Assembly (NCBI GenBank): GCA_902609095.1
Contig: CACLQQ010000003.1
Location: 2,582 to 66,581, forward strand
Length of the DNA stretch: 64,000 bases
DNA from: an uncultured Bacteroidota bacterium
GTDB taxonomy: Bacteria > Bacteroidota > Bacteroidia > Chitinophagales > Saprospiraceae
Direction of reading: 5' to 3'
Shown: positions 50,203 to 62,030 of the stretch, piece after piece
Layout of the letters: every line of letters starts with the position of its first letter
Numbering within the stretch: the stretch's first letter is position 1
Translations under genes and position numbers: made by a program
Notes under the pieces: generated by a model
What the model saw: only the letters and a program-made list of their open reading frames with translations
What the model was told of the DNA's origin: nothing
Database searches by the model: none

Positions 50203-51255
50203 TTGTTTAAGAATATTACAGTAAATGGGATAGCAATCATTTTGACTTGTTTCTTGGCAGGTCTGAATGTATTCGTTTTTGCACTATTATTTCTAACTGA
50301 TTTTAATACCTACCAGACCAGTTGGTTTTGGGTTGCTTTAATTTTGGCATCATTAGTGTCATGCTATTTTGTAGTAGGATATTTCTTCGAAAAGTTCATT
50401 TTCCGAAAGGTCAAATTAATTTACAAGATTATTAATGACTCTAAGGTGAGTCTACCTAGCGAAAAGGCTCAACATGTTACTGATATATCATTAGAAGATA
50501 TTAATCAGGAGGTCAAAGAATGGGCTGACAAGACTCAAGGTGAAATTATTTATCTAACTGAATTAGAGAACTATAGACGGAAGTTTTTAGGGAATGTATC
50601 TCATGAGTTAAAAACTCCAATTTTCACTATACAAGGTTATCTACATACTTTATTAGACGGTGGTCTATATGATGAGAATATTAATAAAAAGTATCTGGAA
50701 AGAACAATAGTGAATGTTGAAAGGCTTCAGAATATAATTGATGATCTCGAGGTAATTAATAAGTTAGAGTCTGGCAAGGTTGACCTAAACAAAAGCAATT
50801 TTGATCTAAAAGAGTTAACAATAGAGGTCATAGATGATTTTGTTTTGATTGCAGGTGAAAAGAAGACAAAGTTGGTCCTCAAAGATGGAGCCTCCAAATC
50901 ATTTTATGTACATGCTGATAGAGGGAATATCCAACAGGTATTAACTAACCTCATAAGTAATTCGATCAAGTATGGGAAAGATGGCGGGATCACCAAAGTT
51001 GGCTTCTATGATATGGCGGACAAAGTTTTAATAGAGGTTAGTGATAATGGAATAGGTATTGAAGAAGAACATCTTAAACATCTTTTTGATAGATTCTATA
51101 GAGTCGATGCTGGGAGGAGTAGAAGTTTAGGGGGGTCTGGATTAGGTCTGTCTATTGTCAAACATATACTGGAAGCTCACAGGCAAAGTATCAATGTTAG
51201 GAGCACAAAGGAAGTTGGATCCACCTTCGGATTTACTTTGTCTAAATCTAATTAG
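50203..51255 (+). CDS. PhoR-like sensor histidine kinase
   Basis: Two TM helices; VSHELKTP, NLISNSIKY, DNGIGI, FDRFYRVD, GSGLGLSIV. Confidence 0.95.
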   Translation: MFKNITVNGIAIILTCFLAGLNVFVFALLFLTDFNTYQTSWFWVALILASLVSCYFVVGYFFEKFIFRKVKLIYKIINDSKVSLPSEKAQHVTDISLEDINQEVKEWADKTQGEIIYLTELENYRRKFLGNVSHELKTPIFTIQGYLHTLLDGGLYDENINKKYLERTIVNVERLQNIIDDLEVINKLESGKVDLNKSNFDLKELTIEVIDDFVLIAGEKKTKLVLKDGASKSFYVHADRGNIQQVLTNLISNSIKYGKDGGITKVGFYDMADKVLIEVSDNGIGIEEEHLKHLFDRFYRVDAGRSRSLGGSGLGLSIVKHILEAHRQSINVRSTKEVGSTFGFTLSKSN

Positions 51256-51274
51256 GACAGTCTAAAAATTTCAG

Positions 51275-52570
51275 TTAGCTCGACAAATTAGTTATAGCGT
51301 AAACAACTTTGACTTCGTCCTCATATAGCAATTCGCTAAGCTCTCTCCTGTAATAATCTCTTACTTCATAATACTCAGGAAGACTTTCATATGGCATTGG
51401 ATCAAGAGGAGGGAAATTTTCTCTCAGGTGATTGATTTGTCTACCATTCTTCCAAAATCTAAAGCATACATGATTACCAGTCGCTAAACCCGTAGATCCT
51501 ACATATCCGATGACTTGACCTTGAGATACTCTTGAGCCCACTTTTAAGCCAGACTTGAACTTACTCATATGGAGATACTGACTTTGATAGACGCCGTTAT
51601 GCTTTATCTTGAGATAGTTCCCATTTCCTTTGGTAAAGCCCCTCCTAGTTATAACTCCATCAGATACACTGAAAATAGGAGTTCCCTTTGCAGCAGCGTA
51701 ATCTGTTCCTAAATGTGGTTTGCGTCTTTTTAATACTGGGTGGAATCGATTGAGATTATAACCAGATGAAATTCTGGAGGCACGTACAGGAGCTCTTAAG
51801 AAGGTCTTTTTATTGGGAGTTCCTTCGATGTCGTAGTAACCTTTATACCGATCATTCTCGAAATAGAAACCGAAATACTCTGAATTACCATTTTTATAAC
51901 AAGCAGCCAATATATGCCCTGACCCTACAGGTTTTCCTTTGATGTATTTTCGATCATATATTATTTTCCACTGATCACCAGGTTGTGCGTTTGGGAAATA
52001 AACCTGTGCTAAGGCATCTTCTAATTCATCTGTCATGGCCAGACTCAATCCCTTATCGTCCATGGATTGAGATAAAGAGCTTCCAGCCTCTATTGTTCCA
52101 GTTAGTGTTTCTCTACAGGTTTCAAATGGTACTTGTTTTTCTGATACACTGATCGTGTCATCAAATGTGAATACTACATAGGTGAATAAACTAGGTGAAT
52201 ACACAAATCCTGTAGGTGCTTCGCATTCATCTTTTCTGATAAGAGTAATGTTTTTTCCTGCTTTAATTTTTCTGAGACTGTATACTTTTTCAGCTGCTTT
52301 TTCTAACTTATATATTGTATTATAACTAACTCCTCTATCGGATAAGATATCACCTAAAAATGAACCGTAGTTTATTGGATACTCCTCAAAGTGATATTGC
52401 GTGACATCGTAACCAAATTTAGTTTCCTTAAGTGCAGGTTTAGACTGTGGTTGAGATAATGCTTTTTCTAATTCATTTTGGTTTTGGCCGTTGGTGTATA
52501 AAACACCACATAAAACCAATAGTCCAATTGCACATACCCCCAAAAATAAGTCAAACCTATACTTTTTCAC
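51275..52570 (-). CDS. M23 family peptidoglycan DD-metallopeptidase (MepM-like)
   Basis: N-terminal TM helix; HLGTD (HxxxD), YLHMS, GSTGLATGNHVCF. Confidence 0.92.
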   Translation of the reverse strand: MKKYRFDLFLGVCAIGLLVLCGVLYTNGQNQNELEKALSQPQSKPALKETKFGYDVTQYHFEEYPINYGSFLGDILSDRGVSYNTIYKLEKAAEKVYSLRKIKAGKNITLIRKDECEAPTGFVYSPSLFTYVVFTFDDTISVSEKQVPFETCRETLTGTIEAGSSLSQSMDDKGLSLAMTDELEDALAQVYFPNAQPGDQWKIIYDRKYIKGKPVGSGHILAACYKNGNSEYFGFYFENDRYKGYYDIEGTPNKKTFLRAPVRASRISSGYNLNRFHPVLKRRKPHLGTDYAAAKGTPIFSVSDGVITRRGFTKGNGNYLKIKHNGVYQSQYLHMSKFKSGLKVGSRVSQGQVIGYVGSTGLATGNHVCFRFWKNGRQINHLRENFPPLDPMPYESLPEYYEVRDYYRRELSELLYEDEVKVVYAITNLSS

Positions 52571-52679
52571 TATGTAAATTTACTCCATTCTATATGACAA
52601 ACTCAATTAATGCTATACCTATTATTCACCCAGTAAATAAGATTAAATAATTTAGCATTGTCAAGAGAGCACTCCCTTT

Positions 52680-53522
52680 ATGAAGAATAATATAGCCTAC
52701 CCGTGTAAAGCTGCCAATAAGATGTTGGTTTTTGATAAACCACTGATTATGGGTGTCTTAAACACTACTCCAGACTCTTTTTATGATGGTAGTAGAATAT
52801 CGGAGCAAGAGGTAGTGGACTATGCCGGACCAATGGTTGAACAAGGTGTAGATATCATCGATTTGGGTGGCATGTCATCGAGGCCTGGCGCTGAAGAGAT
52901 TCCTGTATCTCAAGAAGTCAATCGGTTAATCCCTGCTATCGAAGCGATCAGGAGTGAGTTTCCTGAGATTATCATCTCTGTAGATACCTATAGAACTGAA
53001 GTAGTGAAAGCTGCAGATCATATTGGTATAGACATAGTCAATGATATCAGTGCAGGTATTAAGGATCCTGATATGTTTCGGATAGTGGCAGAACTCAACC
53101 TGTTGTATGTTATGATGCATATGAAAGGGTCTCCTGAAACAATGCAAAACGATACTGACTATAATGATATCATTTTAGATATCATGACTTTTATGAGTCA
53201 AGCAATAACTAAAGCCAAGAAGTTTGGCCTACATGATATTATAATAGATCCAGGTATAGGGTTTGGGAAGAGTATCGATGATAATTACAAGATCATTAAG
53301 CGTTTATCAAGTTTTAAGATTTTTGATCTGCCGATTCTATTAGGACTTTCTCGCAAATCATTCATCTATAAAGTTTTGGAGTTGGGACCTGAAGAAGCTT
53401 TAGGCGGCACAATTGCTATGAATATGTTAGGCTTACTCAATGGAGCCAAAATCCTAAGAGTGCATGATACCAAAGAGGCTGTTGAATTAAATAAATTGTT
53501 CCAGAGATATGACTCGGTTTGA
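52680..53522 (+). CDS. folP: Dihydropteroate synthase
   Basis: MGVLNTTPDSFYDG, SSRPG, SVDT, NDISAG, DPGIGFGK, SRKS, LRVHD. Confidence 0.97.
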   Translation: MKNNIAYPCKAANKMLVFDKPLIMGVLNTTPDSFYDGSRISEQEVVDYAGPMVEQGVDIIDLGGMSSRPGAEEIPVSQEVNRLIPAIEAIRSEFPEIIISVDTYRTEVVKAADHIGIDIVNDISAGIKDPDMFRIVAELNLLYVMMHMKGSPETMQNDTDYNDIILDIMTFMSQAITKAKKFGLHDIIIDPGIGFGKSIDDNYKIIKRLSSFKIFDLPILLGLSRKSFIYKVLELGPEEALGGTIAMNMLGLLNGAKILRVHDTKEAVELNKLFQRYDSV

Positions 53523-53666
53523 GCTGGGACAAAAAACATGTCGTCTATGAAATGAAAAGCATTTATCAATTTGGAAGAAATCCACCTTAATTATTCCTTA
53601 AAGCCTTTCATCTTCACCATCTTTGCCGCAGTTTAAAAGTTATTACTATATACAGTTGAACATATA

Positions 53667-56600
53667 GTGGCACAAACGGAAAGTAGAAATTGGTTATCCT
53701 TATTCATCAAAGGCACTTTGTTTTTGATACTATTTCTGTTTGTCATTGTTGCATTATTGCATCACCCTGATGTCCAACGCCATATCACTAAAGTTGCTGT
53801 TGATAGAATCATCAATTCTACTCAGGGCGATTTAAGATTTGAGAGCTGCACATTCGACTTGAATAAGGGGGTGAATATGAAAAGTATTACCCTTTTAGAT
53901 GTAGACGTTGATACCTTGCTCACGGTTAGAGAATTAAGTATTAGTCCGAGACGAACTTTGGTTTCTCTAATTTCGGAAGTCTCATTTAGTGATCTGAACA
54001 TTGTTGGAACACAGTTAAAAGTCATTAGACGTCATGGGGAGGAAAAGAATAATTGGGTTCGCTTTACAAGTGGTTTTTCAATTAGTAAGAATGCTGCAGA
54101 AAAAGAATCACGACTCTTTCCATTATCCCATGTCGAGTTGTACGACTTAAGTATCGATTACCATGATGAGGTAGACTGTACTTTTTTGACAGGTATACTC
54201 ACGGGTTTTGAGATTAAAATCAATCAAATTTCTGAAGATTTGGTAGATATAGACTTTATAAACTTAATTGAGCCTAATCTGAAGTATTCAAATTCACAGA
54301 ATTCGACCGCTCATCGGGATAGTACTTTAGAATCGTCGCAGTCTTCTACTCTGCCTAAGGTGCTGATTAGTCAACTCAATCTGATAGATGGAGATTTTGA
54401 TTTAGTCGGATCAGAAAAGTATGATGCAAAGAATATTGATTTTGTGCTTTCAGAAATTGAGCTAACCTCCTTAGAGGATTGGAGTACTGTAATAGATGAT
54501 ATTTCTCTTTCAACGGATGACTTAGACCTCAAGCATCTCAGCGTTAGTAAGGTTGAGAGTAGCCCAGATCAAGTGGATATTGACAACCTGTTCTTAAGAG
54601 TTAATAGTTCATATATAAAAGCTGATGTACAGGCAGTGTCGCCTTATAATATCAGCGCGCTGGAAGATGTCGTGTTTATTTTAGATGTTGGTGAGTCTAA
54701 GATTCGGCCTTATGATTTCATTCAACTAACAGGAGGTCAGGTCTCTGATAAAGTAATGTCAGAACCACTCATTAAAAAAAGGCATCAATTAACTGGAGAG
54801 GTTAACTTGGACAAGGGTGATCTCAGAGTTTCTGATTTGAAACTTTGGCTTAACGGAAGTCATTATTTACATGCTAACGGTACCATTGATAAGATTAATG
54901 ATATTGATAATAGTCTACTAAATCTACAGATAGTTCAACTCCAATCTGATCTCAATAAGTTAGATCGAGATATAAATTTGATCACGATTCCTGAAGATCT
55001 CAAACGATTGGGTAGTTTGAATTTTGATGGTACTTTCGATGGATTTATTAATGATTTTGTAGCTCAAGGTAAATTGAAATCTGAGCTTGGTGAGGCTAAT
55101 ATGGATATACAATTTGATCTATATCGGTCGGATCCTGAGTTGATTAGATATGGAGGTTATTTAAACCTAATTGATTTTGATCTAGCCGAAATGCTGCAAC
55201 AAGAAGACTTTGGGCCTATCAGTCTAAGTGTAGATATAAACAGTGGCGAAGGGACTTCTTTCGCCAATAGTAGTGCAGAAATAGAAGCGATTATAAATCA
55301 GTTTTGGTACCGCAAAGTACAATATGAGAGTGCCATATATTGTGGTAATTTGTCGAGTAAAGTTATCGACGGAGAGTTTTTTATTGATGACGCCAACTTA
55401 GACTTTCAGTTTTCAGGTTTGATTGATTTCTCTGATACAGAGCCGATTTTTGATTTTGACCTCAAAGCTGAAAAAATAGATTTTTGTCAACTCAATCTGA
55501 CTGACTTTCCTTGCTCGCTCAAGTTTGAAGCTCAGGTTGACTTCTTTGGCAAGTCTGCTAGTACTTTACAAGGAAATGGTATCATCAAGGATATCGTTAT
55601 CAATCACGATACATCAGAGCTATTAATTAATCGGATTGATCTCAGTTCTAGAAGGTTATCTGGAGACCAGATGTCATTCAAGCTTGATGCGGACTTTATG
55701 GAACTGATGGTTCGAGGAAAATTTAACTTAACCAAACTACATGAAAATCTCGTTTGTCAAATCTTTAAGAATCATGATTCTCATTTAGGCCAGTTCGGTC
55801 TTAAAAATCCATATGAGGGCCTACGTGATGAGCAATACTCCGTGCAGATTGAGACTAAAAATGTAAATCCCATATTCGCATTTTTAAATTTAGATCTTGA
55901 GATAGATTCGAGTACGACGATTACGGCAGAATCCAACAGCTCTATAGATAAATCGGTTGTAACGGTTAATTCTGGTAGAATCCAGTACAAGGATGTTATA
56001 TCCGAAGACATCTATGTTAATATAGATAGTCGTAAAGATTATGGGGAAATAGAACTCCTGATAGATCATCTTATCCAGGGAGATCGAGAGGTAGATAAGG
56101 TGTCCTGGGTCGCTCATTTGAGACAAAATGATCTTTATGCTAAGGCTCTCATAAATATTGACATTAAGAATCATGTGGAGTTAGAAACTAAATCACAAAT
56201 CGTTGATGATGGTTATTATACACAGTTTTTATATGACGATATTTTATTGGATAGTTCACTTTGGACTATCCTTCCTAACAAAGGAATAGGGATATACAAT
56301 AGGTCCATTGACATAGAAAACTTCATCGTAACGGATGGATTTCGGGCTCTAGGCATAAAAGATATTTTTAAGCGAGGCTTAGAGCTAAGTTTGAGGGAGT
56401 TTGACTTTGAGGTTATCAATCCGATCATAGACTATGATAAACTCTATTTCTCTGGTACGGTGAATGCACAGATCAAATTGAATAATATATTTGAAAAATT
56501 GGCTATCGAGGGATTCTTCAATGTTCCTGATTTTACGATTAATCAGGCTGATTATGGTAGCCTAAAAATCGAATCAACAAGGAAGGAAGGGAATATTCTG

Positions 56601-58436
56601 GATCTGTCTTTATCGATTGAGAAGGATGGGCAAAATCTATATGTTAATGGAACCGCAGATATAGACAATAAAAGCCTGAATACATACCTCGTGATGCAAC
56701 AGTATCCATTAGCTTTCTTAGAATATATCATTGATGATGGAATATCTGAGACATCAGGATTGACCGATATTGAATTGGATATCTATGGCACTTTTGATGA
56801 TATCAAAATGAGAGGTGAAGGTCGAGCTCAAGACGCAGGTACCAAAATTGATTACATAGGAGCATACTACCAATTATCAGATGATGTAATTCCTATTACT
56901 GAAAGATTTATAGATCTTAGTAATATTACCTTAACTGATGAGGCAGGCAATACTGCTCAGATCACAGGAGGGTTACGACACAATGTCTTGGCTGATTTCA
57001 GTTCTGACTTAGTGATTAATAGCAATCGTTTTATCGCCCTAAATACAACGGAGCTCGATAACCCGATTTATTATGGATTAGGAATGGGCCCGATAGATGT
57101 TAGTTTCAAAGGCCCATTTGATCGTATTGATATGATCGTAGATGCTGTTGCTGGGCCTAACAGCCTATTATATATTCCAATTACATCGACAGAATATGGC
57201 TATGATGAATCTTTCATCAATTTCAACCTGAACAAAGAAGTTGTTGACAGTAATACGATTGAGCTGCTTGTAGAACGTCTTAAATCATCTGGATTAGATT
57301 TCGAGATGAACCTATCTTTTGATCGAGATGCTGAAGTACAAATTATATATGATGAAGAATCAAGTAACGTTTTAATTGGCCATGGAGTAGGAGATCTGCA
57401 GGTAAAGGTCAAAAGAGATGGAGAGTTTACTGTATATGGTCAATATGATGTTGATAACGGGGAGTATCTGTATACATCATATGGATTTATCGCTAAACCA
57501 TTTATTATTGAACAAGGTGGAACAGTAACCTGGACTGGAGATCCAATTAATGCGGTCTTAGATGTTCGAGCTTATTACCCAAGTTTGAGAGCTCCGCTAA
57601 ATAGATTTTTGCAAGAATATGAAGGTGTTTATCCTGATGTCACCGAAAGCGATTTGAGACAAAGAAGGAATATAGACCTAGATTTAATTTTGACTGGTAA
57701 TCTGTTTAATCCGGATATAGATTTTGATTTGGGTTTCCCTGACTTGGTTGGGAACCTCCGGAACTTAGCAGATAGTAAGGTTCGGACCTTAGCAGCTACA
57801 GAGAATGGAATAAATAACCAGGTGCTGGGATTAATTGTATTCAATAATTTTTTACCGGATAATGATCCTTTGGCAAATATTCAAGTGAGCAGTGTTGCGC
57901 AGCTTGGGGGGAATACCATAACTGAGTTTTTGACCAGTCAGCTTTCCCTGATGGCCACGGAATATCTTTCTGAACTATTGGAGGGAGATTTCATCACAGG
58001 TATTGATTTGGATATCGCATTAGCTCAAAATAATGCAATTGGTGATGCCAATATACCTAACCCAGATGCGTCATTCATTGAGTTTATACCAGATGAGTAT
58101 CAACTCAATCTCAGGAATGAATTCAAGAACGACAATTTCGTGTTAAAACTCGGAGGGAATTACGTTAGAGAAAACCCTTTCAATACGGTTAATGATTACT
58201 TGACTGGAGATTTTTCTTTGGATTGGTTTATCACACATGATAAAAGACTCAAACTTCAGATATATGGAGTCTATGATCTGGATGAGGCAACTTTAGGGCG
58301 TAGGCAGAAATATGGATTTGGTATTAACTATACTCGAGAATTTGGTAAGATGACCTACGGCGATATCCAAGATGCATTAAATGATCTCAGCACTGATATC
58401 CAAAGTGGTGAACGCAGTAACTCAGGATCAAGATAA
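53667..58436 (+). CDS. tamB: Translocation and assembly module TamB-like protein
   Basis: 1589 aa, N-terminal TM anchor, long beta-rich body, DUF490-like C-terminus ([26 protein letters not shown]). Confidence 0.85.
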   Translation: MAQTESRNWLSLFIKGTLFLILFLFVIVALLHHPDVQRHITKVAVDRIINSTQGDLRFESCTFDLNKGVNMKSITLLDVDVDTLLTVRELSISPRRTLVSLISEVSFSDLNIVGTQLKVIRRHGEEKNNWVRFTSGFSISKNAAEKESRLFPLSHVELYDLSIDYHDEVDCTFLTGILTGFEIKINQISEDLVDIDFINLIEPNLKYSNSQNSTAHRDSTLESSQSSTLPKVLISQLNLIDGDFDLVGSEKYDAKNIDFVLSEIELTSLEDWSTVIDDISLSTDDLDLKHLSVSKVESSPDQVDIDNLFLRVNSSYIKADVQAVSPYNISALEDVVFILDVGESKIRPYDFIQLTGGQVSDKVMSEPLIKKRHQLTGEVNLDKGDLRVSDLKLWLNGSHYLHANGTIDKINDIDNSLLNLQIVQLQSDLNKLDRDINLITIPEDLKRLGSLNFDGTFDGFINDFVAQGKLKSELGEANMDIQFDLYRSDPELIRYGGYLNLIDFDLAEMLQQEDFGPISLSVDINSGEGTSFANSSAEIEAIINQFWYRKVQYESAIYCGNLSSKVIDGEFFIDDANLDFQFSGLIDFSDTEPIFDFDLKAEKIDFCQLNLTDFPCSLKFEAQVDFFGKSASTLQGNGIIKDIVINHDTSELLINRIDLSSRRLSGDQMSFKLDADFMELMVRGKFNLTKLHENLVCQIFKNHDSHLGQFGLKNPYEGLRDEQYSVQIETKNVNPIFAFLNLDLEIDSSTTITAESNSSIDKSVVTVNSGRIQYKDVISEDIYVNIDSRKDYGEIELLIDHLIQGDREVDKVSWVAHLRQNDLYAKALINIDIKNHVELETKSQIVDDGYYTQFLYDDILLDSSLWTILPNKGIGIYNRSIDIENFIVTDGFRALGIKDIFKRGLELSLREFDFEVINPIIDYDKLYFSGTVNAQIKLNNIFEKLAIEGFFNVPDFTINQADYGSLKIESTRKEGNILDLSLSIEKDGQNLYVNGTADIDNKSLNTYLVMQQYPLAFLEYIIDDGISETSGLTDIELDIYGTFDDIKMRGEGRAQDAGTKIDYIGAYYQLSDDVIPITERFIDLSNITLTDEAGNTAQITGGLRHNVLADFSSDLVINSNRFIALNTTELDNPIYYGLGMGPIDVSFKGPFDRIDMIVDAVAGPNSLLYIPITSTEYGYDESFINFNLNKEVVDSNTIELLVERLKSSGLDFEMNLSFDRDAEVQIIYDEESSNVLIGHGVGDLQVKVKRDGEFTVYGQYDVDNGEYLYTSYGFIAKPFIIEQGGTVTWTGDPINAVLDVRAYYPSLRAPLNRFLQEYEGVYPDVTESDLRQRRNIDLDLILTGNLFNPDIDFDLGFPDLVGNLRNLADSKVRTLAATENGINNQVLGLIVFNNFLPDNDPLANIQVSSVAQLGGNTITEFLTSQLSLMATEYLSELLEGDFITGIDLDIALAQNNAIGDANIPNPDASFIEFIPDEYQLNLRNEFKNDNFVLKLGGNYVRENPFNTVNDYLTGDFSLDWFITHDKRLKLQIYGVYDLDEATLGRRQKYGFGINYTREFGKMTYGDIQDALNDLSTDIQSGERSNSGSR

Positions 58437-59519
58437 TATTTGCTCTAAACGATCATATTGACTTCTCAGCAGATGATCAGATAGTACTAATGCTGCCATA
58501 GCATCAACTATTGGAACGGCTCTCGGAACTACACATGGATCATGTCTTCCTTTACCAGTAACAGTGGCTTCATGTCCAAATTTGTCTATAGAGTTTTGAT
58601 CCCTCATTAATGTGGCTACAGGCTTAAATGCAACATTAAAGTTGATTGGCATGCCATTAGAAATTCCTCCCTGTACACCACCAGAGTAGTTCGTTTGTGT
58701 GATTACTTCCCCATGTTGTTTGAAGAATAGATCATTATGTTCACTGCCTCTCATTGTGACACAATCGAATCCTGAACCATATTCAAATCCCTTGACGGCA
58801 TTGATGCTCAACATGGCTTTACCTAAATCAGCGTGCAATTTATCAAACACTGGCTGGCCTAATCCTACAGGAACACCATCTATCTGACAGCTTATCAAAC
58901 CTCCCACCGTATCACCATCTTTTCTTATCTGCTTGATATAGTCAATCATGTCTTCTGCAATGCCTTTATTAGGGCATCGGACTATATTTGAATCGATTAA
59001 AGAATAATCGACAGCACCTACAGCACTAAGTTTTATACTGCCTACTTGTGATACCCAAGAGTGTACTGAGATATGCGCTTTGTTGAGCAATGATGCTGCA
59101 ATCGCACCTGCCGCCACTCTAGCAACAGTTTCTCGTGCACTTGATCTTCCACCACCTCGATAATCACGATTGCCATATTTAGCAGTATAGGTATAGTCTG
59201 CATGTGATGGTCTAAACTTATCTTTGATGTGATCATAATCTTTTGACTTCTGATCTTTATTTCTTACGATTAATGAGATAGGAGTGCCAGTACTATGACC
59301 CTCGAATACACCAGATAATATCTCAACTTGATCTGCCTCTTTACGTTGAGTGACTATGGCCGACTGTCCAGGTTTGCGACGAGTCAGTTGATGTTGTATA
59401 TCTTCCAGCTCTACAGGAACTCCAGCCGGACAACCATCAATTATTACCCCTACTGCAGGTCCATGGGACTCTCCGTACGTACTTATTCTAAAAGCTTTAC
59501 CAAATACACTTCCTGCCAT
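58428..59519 (-). CDS. aroC: Chorismate synthase
   Basis: [35 protein letters not shown]. Confidence 0.97.
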   Translation of the reverse strand: MAGSVFGKAFRISTYGESHGPAVGVIIDGCPAGVPVELEDIQHQLTRRKPGQSAIVTQRKEADQVEILSGVFEGHSTGTPISLIVRNKDQKSKDYDHIKDKFRPSHADYTYTAKYGNRDYRGGGRSSARETVARVAAGAIAASLLNKAHISVHSWVSQVGSIKLSAVGAVDYSLIDSNIVRCPNKGIAEDMIDYIKQIRKDGDTVGGLISCQIDGVPVGLGQPVFDKLHADLGKAMLSINAVKGFEYGSGFDCVTMRGSEHNDLFFKQHGEVITQTNYSGGVQGGISNGMPINFNVAFKPVATLMRDQNSIDKFGHEATVTGKGRHDPCVVPRAVPIVDAMAALVLSDHLLRSQYDRLEQILS

Positions 59520-59651
59520 GACGACGCTATTGTTAAGAATGCGAAGTACCCCAATATTTATGCTTTATCCTATTTTCAAAACAAGAATTATTTCAACTTT
59601 GCCACATTTTGAACAAAACCTTGCCTAATTTATAGAGTTCAATAATCGGAT

Positions 59652-62030
59652 ATGGATACACTACACATTTCGGATAAGACCATTGAGCAGCTGGAGTTTG
59701 ATAAGGTATTAGAATTGCTAAGGTCATATTGTAGGGGAGAGGCAGGATATAAAGTCATGACTGATAGGGGATTTATTACAGATAAATCTAAGTTGGTCAA
59801 TGAGTTATCCCTCGTGCACAGGTATACCGAATTGATCGCTAATGGAGATGATCCTGGTCTGGATGAATATCTGTTTATCGATGAGGAGCTTTTTTATCTC
59901 CAGAAGGAAGGGTATGTTTTAGAAATTGAGGCAATTCTTAAGATTAAACAAGTTCTAAGGAATTATGATTCATACTACGGAGCGATAAAGAAATCTAAGG
60001 AAGGTAATTACAGACCTCTTATTGAAGCGACTGAGCTTTTAAATTATTCTGATCAGCCGATCAAGGAAATCGACAGAGTCTTTGGTGCAGAAGGAAATGT
60101 CAAGCCAAATGCCTCTCCAGAATTAATTAAGATTCAGAAGCGTATTGATAGTATTAATCGCCAGCTAGATAATCAATTTAATACGCTCTTATCGAAGTAT
60201 AAGACTCAGAATATCCTTTCTGAGAATACAGAGTCATGGAGAAACGGAAGAAGAGTATTGGTCCTGCCTGTTGAAAATAAAAGGAAAATTCCCGGTGTTA
60301 TCCATGATCAGTCTGCGTCTGGTAAAACTGTGTTTATAGAGCCCGAGGGGGTAATGCAAATGAACAATGACCTATTCTCACTTGAGAGTGAAAGGCGAGC
60401 TGAGATCTATAAAATTCTGAGGACACTGTCTAAGGAAATATCCAATTATCGAGATATGATACGCTCGGTTTTTAATAAATTAAGTCTAATTGACAGCATC
60501 AGGTCAAGAGCTCTTTTATCATTAAGTATTGACGGTATCGTCCCTGAGATTTCTGATCGCCCTAAACTAAAGCTTTTTAAGGCGAGACATCCGCTTTTAT
60601 TATTACAATTACGAGAGACTGATGAAGATGCTGTTCCTTTTAATTTAGATCTCCGAGGTAATAATAGGTTGTTATTGATAAGTGGGCCCAATGCTGGAGG
60701 TAAGTCAGTAACCTTGAAGACTTTGGGTTTGATCCATTTGATGGCTTATTATGGCATACTGATTCCTGCAGAAGCTGAAAGTGAGATCGCTCTCTTCAGT
60801 GGTGTCTTTACCGATATAGGAGATCAACAGTCCATAGATCAGGGTCTAAGTACTTATAGCTCACATCTTACCAATCTCAGTGATATAGTCGAAAAGTCGA
60901 ATAAGCATTCTTTAATTCTCTTGGATGAGATTGGATCAGGAACAGATCCTAAATTAGGTGGCGTTATAGCAGAAGGTATTCTAAGGTCACTTATCTTCAA
61001 AAAAACTCATGGGATCGTAACGACTCACTATAGTAGTCTAAAAGTATTTGCCTATAGAAACAATGGCATAGTAAATGGCGCCATGCTATTCGATAAGGAA
61101 CATCTTAGAGCTACTTATCGATTGAAGGTGGGTAAGCCAGGAAGTTCATACGCTTTTGAAGTCGCTAAGAAAATTGGATTAGATGATCGAATTATCAAAT
61201 ATGCCAGAAAAAAGGTAGGCAAGAAGGAAAATCAAATTGAAGATTTATTGATAGATCTGCAAGAAGGGAAGTCTGTTTTAGATGAACAGCTAAATTATAT
61301 TGCCAATGAAAAGGAGCAATTGGAGAAGCTCATAAGAACCTATAAAGATCTAAATGAGGAGTTCCAATTAAAACGCAAGAAGCTCCAGATAAAGGCTAAG
61401 GAAATCAGTTACCAACAGCAGAATAGTGAGAATCTCGAATTGCAAAAGCTGATTAACCATCTCCAAAAGGAGAAGGATCTCGAAAAGGCACAACAACTCA
61501 AGAACCAAGCGGCCCAAAAACGAAAAAGTAAGTCTGAGGAGATAATTACGCTGCGGAATGAAGTCCGAGAAGAGCGGATCTTAGATCAAGAAGTACAAGT
61601 TGGTGATTATGCTCGCATGCTTGATAGTGATTTGTCAGGAGAGGTGCTATCCATCAATGCGGATAAGGCAGAGGTGTTATTTGGAATGATGAAGATGATA
61701 GTGAATGTTAAGGATCTTGCTGTGACAAAGGACCAATTAGAGTTTAATCTGAATAAAATAAATACGAAGGGCGTCGCTTTTGATAATCATTTTAGCCCTG
61801 AGCTTGATATCAGAGGTTATAAGATGAGGGATGCCGAAGATACTTTACAGGAATTCTTCGATCAAGCATTACTCTCTAATGCACAGACCTTGAAAATAGT
61901 ACATGGTAAGGGTAGTGGAGCCTTGCGAAAATTGGTGATTCAAAAAATGAAAGAGTATAATGATCTCAAATCATATTGGCATCCTGCGGATGAATATGGT
62001 GGGAATGGAGTAACTATGATTATTATGTAG
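59652..62030 (+). CDS. mutS2: Endonuclease MutS2
   Basis: HDQSASGKTVFIEP, ISGPNAGGKS, LSTYSSHL, LDEIGSGTDP, C-terminal Smr domain (IVHGKGSG). Confidence 0.95.
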   Translation: MDTLHISDKTIEQLEFDKVLELLRSYCRGEAGYKVMTDRGFITDKSKLVNELSLVHRYTELIANGDDPGLDEYLFIDEELFYLQKEGYVLEIEAILKIKQVLRNYDSYYGAIKKSKEGNYRPLIEATELLNYSDQPIKEIDRVFGAEGNVKPNASPELIKIQKRIDSINRQLDNQFNTLLSKYKTQNILSENTESWRNGRRVLVLPVENKRKIPGVIHDQSASGKTVFIEPEGVMQMNNDLFSLESERRAEIYKILRTLSKEISNYRDMIRSVFNKLSLIDSIRSRALLSLSIDGIVPEISDRPKLKLFKARHPLLLLQLRETDEDAVPFNLDLRGNNRLLLISGPNAGGKSVTLKTLGLIHLMAYYGILIPAEAESEIALFSGVFTDIGDQQSIDQGLSTYSSHLTNLSDIVEKSNKHSLILLDEIGSGTDPKLGGVIAEGILRSLIFKKTHGIVTTHYSSLKVFAYRNNGIVNGAMLFDKEHLRATYRLKVGKPGSSYAFEVAKKIGLDDRIIKYARKKVGKKENQIEDLLIDLQEGKSVLDEQLNYIANEKEQLEKLIRTYKDLNEEFQLKRKKLQIKAKEISYQQQNSENLELQKLINHLQKEKDLEKAQQLKNQAAQKRKSKSEEIITLRNEVREERILDQEVQVGDYARMLDSDLSGEVLSINADKAEVLFGMMKMIVNVKDLAVTKDQLEFNLNKINTKGVAFDNHFSPELDIRGYKMRDAEDTLQEFFDQALLSNAQTLKIVHGKGSGALRKLVIQKMKEYNDLKSYWHPADEYGGNGVTMIIM

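Noticed and set aside
53549-53617. Long imperfect inverted repeat between folP and tamB as an ncRNA
   Set aside because: It has several mismatches and bulges, is AT-rich, and has no U-tract or family motif.
1283-60691. Many 60-112 aa ORFs nested in or antisense to long genes (e.g. 5143-5454, 34609-34947, 52447-52650, 59328-59612)
   Set aside because: They overlap well-supported genes and have no recognisable motifs; such shadow ORFs are expected.
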